Shown here one piece after another: positions 12,901 to 27,900 of a stretch of DNA of 64,000 bases. The notes under the pieces are model-generated. The model saw only the letters and a program-made list of their open reading frames with translations. It was not told where the DNA came from and did no database searches. The stretch is from the NCBI GenBank assembly GCA_040954595.2, contig CM082579.2:12153834-12217833 (forward strand), given 5' to 3'. Source of the stretch: Balanoglossus misakiensis. Lineage: Eukaryota > Animalia > Hemichordata. How positions within the stretch are numbered: the stretch's first letter is position 1; each line of letters opens with the position of its first letter. A program made the translations under genes and the position numbers.

Positions 12901-15900
12901 AGCACATAAAATGGAAAAACGGAAGTATAAACGAAAATGTGTGGTGTGTTCGCAAGCAAGGAAACATTAATTGAAACAATATGAAGGTTGGAAATGGCGT
13001 GGTGACGCATTCTAATCTCGGGTATACGCCTTAAAACAGCCAAGCATTGGCAAAGGTAAATATCGAGCTAACCATACATATGATTTCAATCAGATTGGTA
13101 CGTACAGAACGACCGAAGAGAAGAAAAAAAAAACTGAATACGCCAGGCAATTGATCACGTGACGTCAGTTTAACGCATGGAATATTAGGACAATGTTAAA
13201 ATGAAGAAAGCAGAGGAAAATGTCCCAATATTAATGTTTTGGGCAGACAGATTTTTGTTGACATAAATTAATTCTATAAAATGTACTGTCACCTGCTGGG
13301 TATGGGAACCTTTTGATGCCAGCGAATATTCACTTTGTATCTCACTTTCGTACTGATTGGCGGTTCTGGGCAATTGTGAGGAACCATCCCCACGTTCGGC
13401 ATCATCATCTTCTTTTTTCTTCCTGGTGTACAAAATACATATTCTTTATTTCAAACCATTGTGTCAACGAGGCAACCACATACTCACACCTCATTTTGAA
13501 CATGGTATGCATCTCGGGGTATTCAGCAAACCACTGTATGACCGTTATCTCTTAATGTATTTTTGAGTTGGTAATATATTCACCTGTTAATAATTTCAAC
13601 TTCACGTTTACTCAAGCATATGTTGTTAAGAATTCGGGTTCAACAACTGACCTACATTTTTCATTCTGCCAAGCCAAGCGGAAAAGTGTCAAATACGGGC
13701 AGGTGTTGACAATCACAAGAGACAATAAAGGAAATTGACTAAATCAAATCAGAGTGCAGTGCATGCATCAACTTACTCTTTTTTGTCTCTGCTTCGCTTG
13801 GCGACCTTCGTGTACTTTGCTGTATCTTTCTTTGCTTGTTTTCCTTCATCGGTTCTATAAAACTCGGCTTTACGTTTCTCTTCTCTCTCTTCTAGTATTT
13901 CTGTGACACTTTCACTCAGGTCTTCACAAAACTTCCGATCGAAACTGATTTTGGAGGATATGAAATAATGGTCCAAAATGTTATATATAGACACTGTAGT
14001 TGTAAAAATAGTTGTCATTGTATGATAATTACGAACTAATTTAACATCGTAGATAAAGGTCTACTTCCGTGTGACAAGTCAAAACTCAAATTGATTTCTG
14101 CACTAAAATTAAAAAATGAAGGTTACCACTTAACCAGGCAAATACAAGGATAATTATAAGTCACATTTGAAGTAATTAACAGATTGTCATGTTGTTTTGT
14201 ACATTCTTCCTATTTCATTCTGACACCGAGTATTTTGCAGTTTACGTGTTTCTGACTTGTTAAAGAAAGCATGTTATTGTCGATGGTGAAATAAATAGCA
14301 AATACTGCAAACATTCCTTAACCCTTTCATCCCAGTTCCCTCTTTAGAGGTCCAATTTTACCATAGGAAAAAAAATGGGTGTGGACTGCAGAACCATGGT
14401 GGTGAAGGGTCAATAGCAGAACGTACACACCTGAACACAAGCGCTGGTAGTTTATCCTGTGCATCTAACTGCATAAGTAGTTTGTAGAAGTTTTCCGCAA
14501 TCATTTCTTTAGGTGAATACCGCATCGTTTCCCATCCTCTTTCGTGAGCATTAATCTCCTGCACCAATTTCCCTCTTAAGCGCCGTAGTAGTTTCTCGAT
14601 CTGAAAGGAGAGAAATGACCACGCCATGTCACATTTAATGCCACTGTATCTAATAGTGTCCAACACTTTTGTTCTTCGTTCCATGAAAAGGTGGGATTTT
14701 AAGGATGTACGCGCAGAACATAAACCCGAAAACTGCGCGCACCCGTCTTTTTTCCATAGGAATACATTGATAATCGCCAGAAAACAAACTTCTACTATTG
14801 TCATTTTCACGAAATGGAGAATCCAAAATCCACAATTAAAAAAATGACAACACTTCCAATTTTACTAAACGTACATCCTTAAAGCGAAAACAACCAATCA
14901 ATAGAATACAATCAAATAATTCACTTTTCTTCCAAGATATTTTAGTTTACTTAGTGGAAGAACTAAAACTGCGTACATTTACTGCTGGTGTTTATTGCAT
15001 TGCCTCAACAATGCAATTTGATACATTTTGGTGTACATGTATAAAGCCAATGAATTTACTCTTCGTGTTGTCATCTTGTGACAAACCCAGCTGTCTCAGT
15101 TTATTAGGGCCCAAGCGCAAGCAAGCGCTTGGGCCCTATTGGTTTCGTTGGGGTTTTTCTGTCTTTCTTTCTTCTTTCTTTCTTTCTTTATTCTTGTGTC
15201 AATTCTTTGTCGCTCTAGATCTCAGAGACCACTGCAGGTACACTTCTGAAACTTGCTACAGTGGTCAAGGTCAATGAGTAGTCGTGCATTGATCCCTTGA
15301 ATTTTTAATTAGTCACATGACCTGGCGGCCATCTTGGATTTTCTGAAAAAAATGCAAATCTCAGATCTCAGAAACTACAAGTCAGATCGACTTCAAATTT
15401 GGCGTGCAGGTAGACTACCTTCTGCCCATCATTTTTGTAATTGGAAATTATGCTGTCAATGTTGCAGTTTTTTTGCTACAATTTTTTTTCTGAAATCTGG
15501 TCAAAATTTCAAAAATCTTCTTCTCCAGAACTGGTGATAACCCAGACACGGGGTTTGGTGTATGTGGTCACCTAACTGATGTCTATCAAGTTTGCGAAGA
15601 TCATTGTGATTGGTCGAAGATTATGGCGGCCATATTGGATTTTCGAAAAACCATAGTAAAACTCAAAAAATCTTCTTCTCCAGAACGGGCGATAACTGAG
15701 TCGCAAGATTCGGGGAGTTTGGTCACTACACTGATGTCTATCAAGTTTGCAAAGAGCATTGTGATTGGTCGAAGATTATGGCGGCCATATTGGATTTTGT
15801 AAAAAGCAGTGAAAAATTGAAATTCCTTTTCCTAGTCTAAAAATTGATAGCATACAAACTCTTTTTATGGATATCAATCGTCATGTGACTAAAATATGTT

Positions 15901-18900
15901 ACAATTTTTTGGCGATTTTTCACATGACCTTTGACCTACTTTTCACACGTTATTATTTCTGCATATCTATTTCCAGGCTAACCTATAGGGCTAGACGTTT
16001 GGTTTTTGATGCATGTGGATTAGTGTGTGATCAAAATATTTTGCTACTTTTCATGACCCCTTTGACCTCTGCTGACCTCATTAATTATGCGCATAGCTAA
16101 TTACAGGCGAACCAATAGAGCTAGAGGTTTGGTTTTTGTTGGACATGTACCACTATGGGAACAAAATTTTTTGCCCAAATGTTGGGTGACCTCTGGTGAC
16201 CTTTGACCTACTTTCGCATATCTCAGCATCCAGAGCAGATACAGCCATGGCATTTGGTAGGATGGGACCATAATGTAAAGCCACATTTTTGGGTCACCTG
16301 TGACACCTGCTGACCTCATTAAATATGCACATACCTAATTACAGGCGAACCAATAGAGGTAGAGTTTTGGTTTTTGTTGGACAAGGACCAGTATGGATCA
16401 AAAAAATATTTCCCAAATGTTGGGTGACCTCAGGTGACCTTTGACCTACTTTACCCTATTTCAGCAGCAAAAATACACACATCCTTGTTATGTCATGAGA
16501 TAATACATCCGATAGAAAATTCTGTTTCTTCTCATTCATACTGTGCATATATAATTCAAGATCAGCGCTTGGGCCCGACAATGCTGCTCGCAGCTTTAAT
16601 ATTTTTTTGGAATCATAAATCTTGTGATGTGCACACAATGAGGACAAAACGCTTTTATCATCTTAAGTACTCATTTATGATTGAACAACATTTAAAAGAA
16701 GCATACATCGCAAAATTATTAATAGTGGAATGTCTTGATCAGACTTGGAATCGCCTTTGTTTTGGCTAGCAGATGTAAACGTTATCCATCATGGGAATTG
16801 TGTATGGCAGAACTGAAAATCAAATTATTACATTGTATAACCATATACCGACGGTCCCTTATTTAGCACCCCAATGTATTCTCCAGGGATTGCTGTTCAA
16901 TTCCCAATTTAATAATCTATCAGTCCAGCTGAAAATAATTACATGAATTCACTGGCGACATATAGTGTACTATGCATCAATAAGTGCTCTCATGCGGCTA
17001 TCAGGCACCCCACATGGTCATAAGTCAGGGAGATGATCACCAACACGATAGCTTACTGTGGTGTGCAGTCGAATACCACTGCACCACGTTGACTCACCTT
17101 TTCTTCTCCAGAAGAGGTTTCCAGCCATCTTAGTAACTCACTTTTAATGTCTTGCTCATACTGTCTTGCTAATGTCCTGGTTATTGTAGCTTGTGGACCT
17201 TGGAAATATCTACCAGGTTCCAGCTGTTGCAACTGTGTAATCAACCAAATGCCATTAATGCAATTAAAAATTCGAAATAGATTTTCTCATGCAATCCTAC
17301 TTTTTTCTAAGATTATATTATGTTTGTGAATATTTTGCAATCAATGTTGTGAGGTTAAGCATGTGTTACGAGTTTGAAAACAGAAGAAAAAAAAAACGCG
17401 CGGTTTTTGGAAGCATGACATATTTCCGTTTGGTATTAATTTCATATCCATACTCTCAGCACTGAATCTTGGGTAATGTTTAGGTATTCTCATGTGGATG
17501 ATCTATAATATACATCACATGCATTTGTGTCGATGAATCAGAAGGTACATGTATCCTATGTATTAGTGCCCAACAATAGACTTGATATCATGATCAAACA
17601 CTTTTGTTCACAAAATGTGTTTATGAACACATGATCAGCACGTGTATTCGTCACCATGCATTTACGTACATATGCCAAGTCATTAAAGCTGCCCAGTTGA
17701 TGATAATGGAAATTTACTTTATAGCATAAAACTCCTAACTTTTCTTGGTAATATACTTTACTTGCCAAAATAAAATAAATCATGGGTGACTTGGTCAGGT
17801 GTCATGGTTCAGTATGTAAAAAATGAAATAATAAATGTTATGGGTACGTACCCATAGATTTTCATAAACACAGATGCGACGTAAACGTGACGTCATACAG
17901 TGTGACGTCACTTGCGCAGTAAGTTGTTGTTAGAGTAAACAAAAGATCACGTGATTGTGACGTTACAGTGTCCGTGTAGTAACGGCGGTTCATTCAAACA
18001 TTTTGTTTACCATCGGACTGTTTCTATGAAGCCTTATATCGTTATGTGGGCATATTTGACCCGAATCCGTGGGTAGAGCAATTCTTTTCATGTTAAAGGT
18101 TTGTTTATCGATATTTATTTCACAAAGTAAAAATATACCCAAAATGGTATTTCCCATCATCTGGGCAGTTTTAAACCATAATTTTAAGAATGATACACAC
18201 CTCCGGTGGCTGCGCTCCAGACCATACTAACACCATGAGATCATACAGCTGCAGTGTTTCTCTCGGTGAAAAGGTCATATCGCCCGGAAAGCCATTTTCA
18301 CAGAACTGCAAGAGAAAAAATACGAGCTGTCATTAAATTCAGGTGCTTTATTATGAAACATCTTTTATCTATAAATTAAACGAGATTGTCGAGAAGGATC
18401 ATTGAAATATTGTAGAAACCACTAATCCCAGCTGCTTTACATTCTAATCAGATCAAATGTACGTATTTTTTTCCATAAACGAAACAGATAGATGGGTACT
18501 TGATATACTGTATTTCTCTAAGGGGATATAGTTGTCTCCAAGTCCAAAATGTGTCCACAAAATGGAGGTCCATGCTCACCTGTTTGTAGGACAAGGTAGC
18601 CGCTGGATGTAAGGGTTTGAATTCTGACGTATCAGTTTTACTCTGGGAGGACAGTTCACCATGCAGTTCGCTACGTTTCGATGGAGCATTAGGCAAGTAA
18701 ACGTACTTCTCCAAATCAGAATAGCGTTCACTGTATGTCACTGGTCAAAGTAAAATTAATACAAGTCAGAGTTTGAGTTGGATGGAACTGTAATGATCGG
18801 GGACAAACTGTTCCCTTTTCATGCTAGTGAAAGTAATTGGTCGTCTCAACTATTTGTTTGGATGGGAATGTCCAATACTCCGTCCATGTTGGCTACTTCA

Positions 18901-21900
18901 ATGACTCCTTCTGACTGTGAAATGACTGACATGTGGCTAAGACGGGCAAATTTGATATCCAGTGAGAGGAGCTGTTAAAACCATTTTATACAGAATTTTC
19001 TGTCGTGATCGCAAGCAGGCACAACTGCAATACCGTGAGTATTGCCCAACAGTTTTTTTTATTACGGAACGATCGCTGAGGACAATTGCAAGTTCAAAAC
19101 GTCAACTTGAAGTGGGTGAAACAGGCTTGCATTCCACAGGATTGGAATTCAGAAACCCCTCAACAGGAACACTGCTCCGTCAAGCTAGTCACCTACCAAG
19201 ATTTACTTTGTACGAGTTGAAGTGTTTCTGTCTTCCCTGTCCCTGCTGTTTCTCCGCAATTTCCTGTTTGTAGTGTTGAGCCTGTTGAAGCCATCTTTGA
19301 AAACAAAAGGCAGATGGTCAGAGAGTTGGCATTACATAGTCTACGTAACAATCATTTGTATGTGAGCACTATCATATAGCAATAGCAATGGTCAACATAC
19401 ACATAAAGGACAATTACAGCCATACTGGATCGTATGGTTATGAAACTAAGGGACCGTTCAGTTTTTACGGCGGGGGGGGGGCGGCAAAATTCAGGGGGGT
19501 CACTTAAATTCTGGAGTCCAAAAGGGTGGGGGGGGGTCATCTTTTTTGTAAACGTTTAGGGGGGTCACATACTTTTGCCACCGAACTTTAGCTTTTGAGT
19601 CCACAAAATTGCAGTTTCGCGCCCTTTATTTTACCAAATTTTCTAATAAAACCCACCCCTTCGTTCTTCGCAACATTTCATTTATTGGCTGGTTTGTCTA
19701 GTGTACCAGGGCAGACTACTTGCCACCCCACCCCACCGATGCTTACTTTGAGTGGAGTGCTTTAGAGTTCATTAAAATGCAGCTTTGAGCACTGTATTTT
19801 ACAGGATTTTCTTATGTGGCAGGGGGACACCCCCTCCCACACCCACCCCCGCCACTTTTCTTGTTTTACCAATTATAGCAACTATTATATTGACTTGTCA
19901 TTTTAATTTATTCATAGATTTCTTTATCGCAACGATATACAATTATATACTTCAATTACTTTAAGAAATTTATAATTGACGTGTGAAGAGCCTCATTCCC
20001 TTTATTGCATACAGTGGACATAGGATCAGGACGGCGAATGTTTTCGGCATGGAGGGGGGGGGGTCATCATATTTTTGGGCCTGTCAAAGGGGGGGGGGGG
20101 TCATCATTTTTTGGTCCTGGGTGAAGGGGGTCGGCCTGATTTTGAAAACCAATGACACAAACTTGCCACCCCCCCCCTCCCCCAGCCGTAAAAACTGAAC
20201 GGTCCCTAATGATGATGTATATGCATGTCGCAAAGCACTACCCTTGTCCAACATTTGAAGCCAGCACCACAAGCCTCATTGATTAGCATGTTTCTGCCAT
20301 AGAACATTGCCCTGTCCCAAGTTTGAATGAAACTGATTCTTCCATGTTTTAGCAATATGTACAGAATGTAACAGACAATATAAAACAATCACCTGTTGCA
20401 GTGTTGCTGTATATATATGACAATACTGCAACCGAATGGAATCTCGTTGATATATGTGCTGCATGGGTGCGTTATCTTCGCGACAAATTTAATGAAATTG
20501 ATATATGCCTATAGCATATCTGCAGGCATGAGTAAAAAAATAAACTGGCCGTCTCTGGCCACACTATATAGAAGGGGACTACAAGAGTACACAAGAATGA
20601 CTGCTTTCATTCTCATGGTGTTACTTTGAACTGACTAATTTTCCATTGGCTGGAGTATTGTATTTACCGTTGCAAGTCTTCCGGATTTCTGATGGTGGCC
20701 GATAGCGCCAAGAAAGGGCATTGGATCATTACTAACAAATGTTCCCAAACTTCAGCACCAATTTCACCTCCAAGACAATGTACCTAGTAAAATGTCAACA
20801 ACAACAACAACACAACAATAATATATTTTGTGGCGTTCAGCAACTGGGGTACATATTTTATACATCACATTGTCCACTAAAAGTTAATTTCATAACCACT
20901 TTAAAGGGTTTATGACATGCTTTGAAAAGTTTTCATTTTTCCCCATCTAAAGCTCACCTAGGGTACCCGTCTATGCATTGCCTATTGTGTCGGTTCCGAA
21001 AAATGTGCGCGAATGCCGGAATTTGCCCCCTTTTTTCATGCCTGTGATCAGGGAGCCACTTCGCACTCGAGCCAGGCGAAGGTATTTGCATATGGACAAA
21101 CAAGTACACTAGGTTCTAGTGTACCATTCTGTTTACAGTAAAGTGTAATTAGCAGTCCATGAGTAATTAAGTCCACAGACAAAGGCAAGCTACATAAACA
21201 GTGTTCAAAGCAAAGGAAGCCCTTGCCTCACATTACAGGCAGAGGATTTACAAAGGTGTGAAAGACTATTTGTCCACATCAAGATAAGTCTTCGGCTTAA
21301 CTTCGAAAAGCCGAAAAAAATCGACTGAGTTGGGTTAGGGGTACACGCCCACTCGTCACTTTTACTTGCCTGTTATCTAAGCACAGAGGGTGATACGCAA
21401 TGCAAGATAGTAACATACGTTAACTTCAAGACCCAAAGAGTGATTTTACGCGTGGTTGTATAGGGCATGGCATTAGACCTTTAACGTACAAATTCCAGGC
21501 AAAGGTAGTGGATCGCACCAATGAAATTGTAACTGCCACACGTGCGCTGACAAAATATCACAAACATATAATAAAGGAGGAATATTCTTCTATGTATCTT
21601 GGACCGAACACAGCAAAACGAAAATTGATATATGCAGAATAAACGTGAAAGTTAATAAAAAGTATTGTCAACAAATATGGCCGACATAGAAGAGCAAATT
21701 ACAAAATGCGTATCCAGTTCGAGACCAGACTCTGTGCATTTAGGGAGTTATCTCACACAGGGAGATATCATAAAGTCATTACCTCGTCAAATATGACATA
21801 CTTGATCTTCGCTGCCCAGGCCTGTCGTTTCGGAGATAGAAGCAGAATTTCAAAAGCCTGTGGTACAGTGACGAGAATCTGTATGGTGGAAGGAAAACAA

Positions 21901-24900
21901 ATTATGCCATATGTATATTTAGTGAAGAATTCTGGACTAAAATCCACCTTTCATTAGCAAGAACACGACGGGTTTGCATTCGGATTTACTATTAGATGTG
22001 TCGGCTCTTATGCACTAAGGCGAAAGAAAAAATCCCGTTGGATATACCTGGCAGTTTAGAGTATCCTTCCTGAGATCCCGCGTGAAAACACCGTACAAGG
22101 CTTTTCCTGGAGGCATGGATTTGCTGAAACGGGCGCCAATCTCCGCAGCCACCTGGTTTACTAGAGCCTGCAAAACAACGAAAACAACTCATTTACAATT
22201 TGAAACAAAGAGGAATACCAGTGTATTCTATCAAATTGGCTTGAACTTAGCGTACGTGTTCTGTATGGCAAAACCTCTTAAATGAGATCGGATCATCTTG
22301 GATACAAGACGGACATGCCATTCTCGAAGAAGTGGGACAGTAGTATGCAGGTCCTTCTAAGTAATCATAAAGAGCGGAGAGAGGGAGGGCAGTGAAGATG
22401 GCAGTGGGAGGGGGGAATCGGGGAGGGAGATAGGGGTAGAACGATATGATAGTTAACCCACCTTCGTTGGTGCAACATAGACAAGAACACCTTCGTTGTC
22501 TTCTTTCAGTATTTTCCTCATACAGTAAAATGATGCATATGTTTTACCGGATGATGTCGGTGCCACTATGACTGCGGACTCGTTGTTGTCCACTGCATCA
22601 AGTAATTCTCTCTGTGAAGTTATTCAGGATGATTTGTTGAACTCTTTTCAAGGTTTCTCCGTTACAGACACATGGATTTAATGTACACGATGTTATTAAT
22701 CGTTGCTTCAAAAATTTCAGGATGTATTATTTTTTAAGTATTTTAACTATCATAAAATGTAATTACGTTCACGTCAAGAAGCCACTACAATTACATAATT
22801 CTTACCAGACTGTCGAGAATGGAAAGCAGGCTAAGTTTAAAAGACACTACCTGCTTCGTCTTTGAAAACCATGTTTGATGTCAAAGGCAAATTTAAACGC
22901 GTGCCATAATGCAATATTTCCATAATACCGATTACTCGGGCGTTACCTCAATTACACTAAACCGCAAATTGAATACGTTCATACCAAAAATCACATTGTG
23001 GTGTATAGAATCTACCTGCGGAAGATGACCGTGCTGCACGGAAGCAGTGTACTGACCGTTGATTTGTTCAACTATTCATTCAGTTGATAAGAAACAAATG
23101 GTCGCTTAAATGAAATCTTATTTAATTGGCATTTCACTCCGTTTTGAGTAATTTTAATAATAAAATGTTTATAATCAAATGCGAAAGTGTGAGACGAAAA
23201 GAACAACCTTACCTGCCAAGTGTCCGGTATAAAAGTAGTGACTCTGGGATCCGGATCATGTCTGACTTCTCTTTTCATCAAATGACCCATGTATTGCAAT
23301 TGAAATCGTGCACTGCTCATCTTTATTCGATATTTCTGCTCAGTTTTACTGTTCAGCACTTTGGCTGAATCCTGAAAAGTGAGAAAACATGTTCTCTGTT
23401 AATTATACGTATACGTATAGTTTGGGGTAATACGTCAAAGACAAACCTCCAAAGAGTGTATAAACTTCAGAAAAGAGCTGCTAGGGTAATCCTTGGAGTG
23501 GACACGACATTTTCATCCCGTTCTCTTCTCATCAGTCTGCATTGGTTACCTGTTGATTTTTCGCATTGTATATTTCACGGCTATTATGACTTTCAAAGCT
23601 CTAAATGACCTCGCACCTAACTATATTAGGGATCTTTTCCGACCTCTCTCAGAAATGAATCGTTTAAATACTCGAAGTGTCAGCGCCGGTGACCTCTACC
23701 CATCAATATGGAAAGCCATAACTGCCTTAAGTGAACTGAACTCATGTTCTCTTGTGCATTTAACATGTTTTCTTGTGCATTTAGCATGTTTTCTTGTGCA
23801 TTTCATATATGGTCCTGTGCATTTAGCATGTTTTCTTGTGCATTTCATATATGGTCCTGTGCATTTAACATGTTGTCTTGTGCATTTCAAATATTTTCCT
23901 GTGCATTTAACATGTTGTCTTGTCCATTTTATATTGTCTTGTGCATTTAACATGTTGTCTTGTCCATTTATATACATTGTCTTGTGCATTTATATACGTT
24001 GTCTTGTGCATTTCTACATGTTGTCGTGTGCCTTTAACATGTTGTCTTGTCCATTTATATACGTTGTCTTGTGCATTTCTACATGTTGTCGTGTGCATTT
24101 AACATGTTGTCTTGTCCATTTATATACGTTGTCTTGTGCATTTCTACATGTTGTCGTGTGCATTTAACATGTTGTCTTGTCCATTTATATACGTTGTCTT
24201 GTGCATTTCTACATGTTGTCGTGTGCATTTAACATGTTGTCTTGTCCATTTATATACGTTGTCTTGTGCATTTATATACGTTGTCTTGTGCATTTATATA
24301 CGTTGTCTTGTGCATTTCTATATGTTGTCTTGTGCATTTATATACGTTGTCTTGTGCATTTCTATATGTTTTCTTGTGCATTTATATACGTTGTCTTGTG
24401 CATTTCTATATGTTGTCTTGTGCATTTCTATACGTTGTCTTGTGCATTTCTATATGTTTTCTTGTGCATTTATATACGTTGTCTTGTGCATTTCTATATG
24501 TTGTCTTGTGCATTTATATACGTTGTCTTGTGCATTTCTATATGTTGTCTTGTCCATTCATATACGTTGTCTTGTGCATTTGACATGTTGTCCTGTGGTT
24601 TTGTACATGATGTGTGGTGCATTCAACTTCATTAGAAGAAGATCAACTTCATTAGAAGAAGATCAACTTCATTAGAAGAAGATCAAGCTGTTACGCCAGG
24701 GGGAGGAGAACATGCTAATCCGGGTAATGAGCATATCCCCCCTGGCGGAACAGCTGTGTTTCCACAGCTACGGTAACTTCTGTTTCGCACTGGTTCTCAA
24801 ATCACGCCACACCTATAGGGTGCCGTTTGTTACCTTATTATTTAGCCATATTATTAGGGCCCAAGCCCAGCAGGCTTGGGCCCTATTGTTTTTGCTGGTT

Positions 24901-27900
24901 TTTTTCTTCTACTGTCTTCTTTTTCTTGTGTAGTTTTTTCGGCCAGCTAGATCTTGAAAATGGCTGAATCTACAAAACTTGGCACAATGGTGCAGGCCTA
25001 TGAGAGCTGGTGCAGTACCCTTTCAAATTGGCCTAATTTGCATATGAATGGAGATATCAAAATTCTGTTAAGATACTTTGTGGACCATATGGCCAGGCTG
25101 CTACATGCCAAATGTCAAGACCATAGGCCAAGTAATTTCGAGAAGAAGCTTTTTAAGTATTATTTTTCATATTTTTCGCCCAAGCCATGGACCAATACTT
25201 TTCATAGTTAAGCAATGACCACATATTATTTTGGATAAATATGCATACATATCTCAAAATCTGTTGGGCCGATCAACTCCAACTTTGGTGTGCAGCTAGC
25301 CTAGCATTTGTCAATCATTTTAAGCAAAAAAAAATAATATGAAAAATCGACCGATTTTTTTAGATTAATTTTTTTTATTAAATGTATACCTTTACTTATA
25401 CCTCTATAGTTAAGCTATGTCTTAATGTGGAATTCTGGTCTGTGCAATGGTCCTGTACAGTGACTGTCTATTGGCCAATGAGCACAATGGGACCAAAATG
25501 AAAGGCAAAATTTTGGGCTCACCTGTAACACCTGCTTAAGATGGGTCCCCCGGATCATTTTGCCCGTTGCTATAGGCCTTTATAGGACACTACATTCAAT
25601 TTTGATCGCAACCGTTATGAACGTCTGACAAGGGGCTTGTAACTAGTTAAAAATACGCATGATTGTGTGCACACCCCCTGTCCGAGTATGGTTACGGCAG
25701 CTACCGCCCGGCCATAGGCCGCCACGCTAATACGGCAAAGCAGCGGTCAGCGATAGCGTGCGCGTCCTGTAACCACAGTAACTGGATCGAACGCTAAAAA
25801 TCCAATGTTTTGTAAACAGAGATTTTGTACCGTTCACGAAAATCCCTAAGGCTTTTTTCACAGGCGACGTAGGCCAGCCAAATTTGACCTGCTTGTTGAG
25901 AACGCACTTCCGCACAGTGTGACGGATCGTTTTTTTCGGTTTTCGTCGTGCTAAGAAGCGATACCAGTGGAAGAGTGCGTCCAAAAACACCCAAAATCGA
26001 TGACTTTTTCAGGTGTGGTACGGGTATGCTGAAATCGTAGGATACAACGATAATACTTGAAAACAAAATCCGTCACGATCTTCCCTGGTTAAAGCAACTA
26101 ATGAATACGTATCAAGTTCGTTTTTGAGGTCACGGAATAAATAGTCTTAGGCTTTTGAAATTTGACCTAGCTAATTTGCATATCAATGGCGTCAGGGGGC
26201 GTGCGCTCACAATCGTGCAGATTTTCAACTAGTTACCAGCCCCTTGTTAGACTCTGAAAACGGCTTAGTCCAAATCGGGGTGTAATGTCCTACAAAGGCC
26301 CATAGCAACGGGCAAAAAGATCCGGGGGACCCATCTTAACTCATTAATTATGTGCATACCTAATTCCGGGCTAACTAATAGGGCTAGAGGTTTTGTTCTT
26401 GTGGGACATGGACCAGTATAGGGTCAAAAAAATTTGCCCAAATTTTGGGTGACCTTAGGTGACCTTTGACCTACTTACCTATATCTCGGCATCCAGATCA
26501 GGTACATACTTGCCGTTTGGAGGGTTGGGACTAAAATTGAAAAGCCAAAATTGGGGGTCACCTGTGACACCTGCTTATCTCATTAATTATGTACATACCT
26601 AATTCCAAGCTAACCAATAGGGCTAGAGGTTTGACTTTTGTTGAACATGGACCAGTATAGGGTCAAAAAATTTTGCCCAAATTTTGGGTGACCTCAGGTG
26701 ACCTTTGACCTACTTTACCATATCTCGGCATCCAGAGTAGATACAGCCTTGGCATTTCGAGGGAATGAACTGCTAATAGAGCCTTACACTGTACCTCATT
26801 AATTATGCATATACCTAATTCTAGGAAAACCAATAAGGCTAGAGGTCTGGTTTTGGTTGGACCTGGACTAGTATGGGATGGTTCAAACTTTTTGCCCAAA
26901 TTTCGGGTGATCTCAGATGACTTTGATGTTAATATGACATAAATGCGAATTATTACATAAATTAACAGCCGTCTGACTTTATATTTGGCGAAAATAAGTA
27001 CACACCTGTACTGCTTACCCCTATGTTGCTATGTGCTCTTTTGGCTTGGGCCCGCTATTGCTGATTTGCAGCTATATTTTATTCAAAATTCGTTATTTAA
27101 CATACTTATATGTTTATAACTGTAGATTTGCAAACCATTTAAGTAAATTAATCATAAATAACTGATTTCTAAACCATGAAAAAACACACTCGTGCCGTTT
27201 GTTACCTTATTATTTAGTAGCATTTCATTATTTATGCCTGTTCACACAACCCCTTGAATTCGGATCATTGCGAATCTCGCATAATAAGTCCCTACATCAC
27301 GCGAACAAGAAATGCATATTACGTACAGCCATTTTATTTTTTTATGCACCTTTCACATGTTAGATGATACACCAAAAAAGGTACAAACTAGTCAGTGATC
27401 TTAGCCTGTGATTTCAATGTTTGTTTGAAAAGGAGAAAAGCTGATCGAATGCCCCACATTCTGGCTTCAAGGTCAAAGGTTGGCCGATCATTGGGGTCAC
27501 GCATCACAAGAACATTAACATAAAGCTTTGTTTATTAATTCACGATTATAAAATATATAACGTTGACCTATACCATTATAAAAATGTTTATAAATAATTT
27601 ATTATATATAGATAAAAGTGCATAAAATATATTTTTTATACATAATTGAGTCGACTTTTGGTTTGCAAATCTACATATAAGGATGTTAAATAACGACTTT
27701 TGAATAAATAATCTGGCTAAATAATAAGGTAACAAACGGCACCCTATAGGTGTGGCGTGATTTGAGAACCAGTACGAAACAGAAGTTACCGTAGCTGTGG
27801 AAACACAGCTGTTCCGCCAGCGGGGATATGCTCATTACCCGGATTAGCATGTTCTCCTCCCCCTGGCGGAACAGCTTGATCTTCTCCTAATGAAGTTGAT

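Noticed and set aside
23745-24600. CRISPR-like appearance of regular repeats (also 39590-40460)
   Set aside because: Contiguous tandem units with no unique spacers, no cas genes, eukaryotic intronic context.
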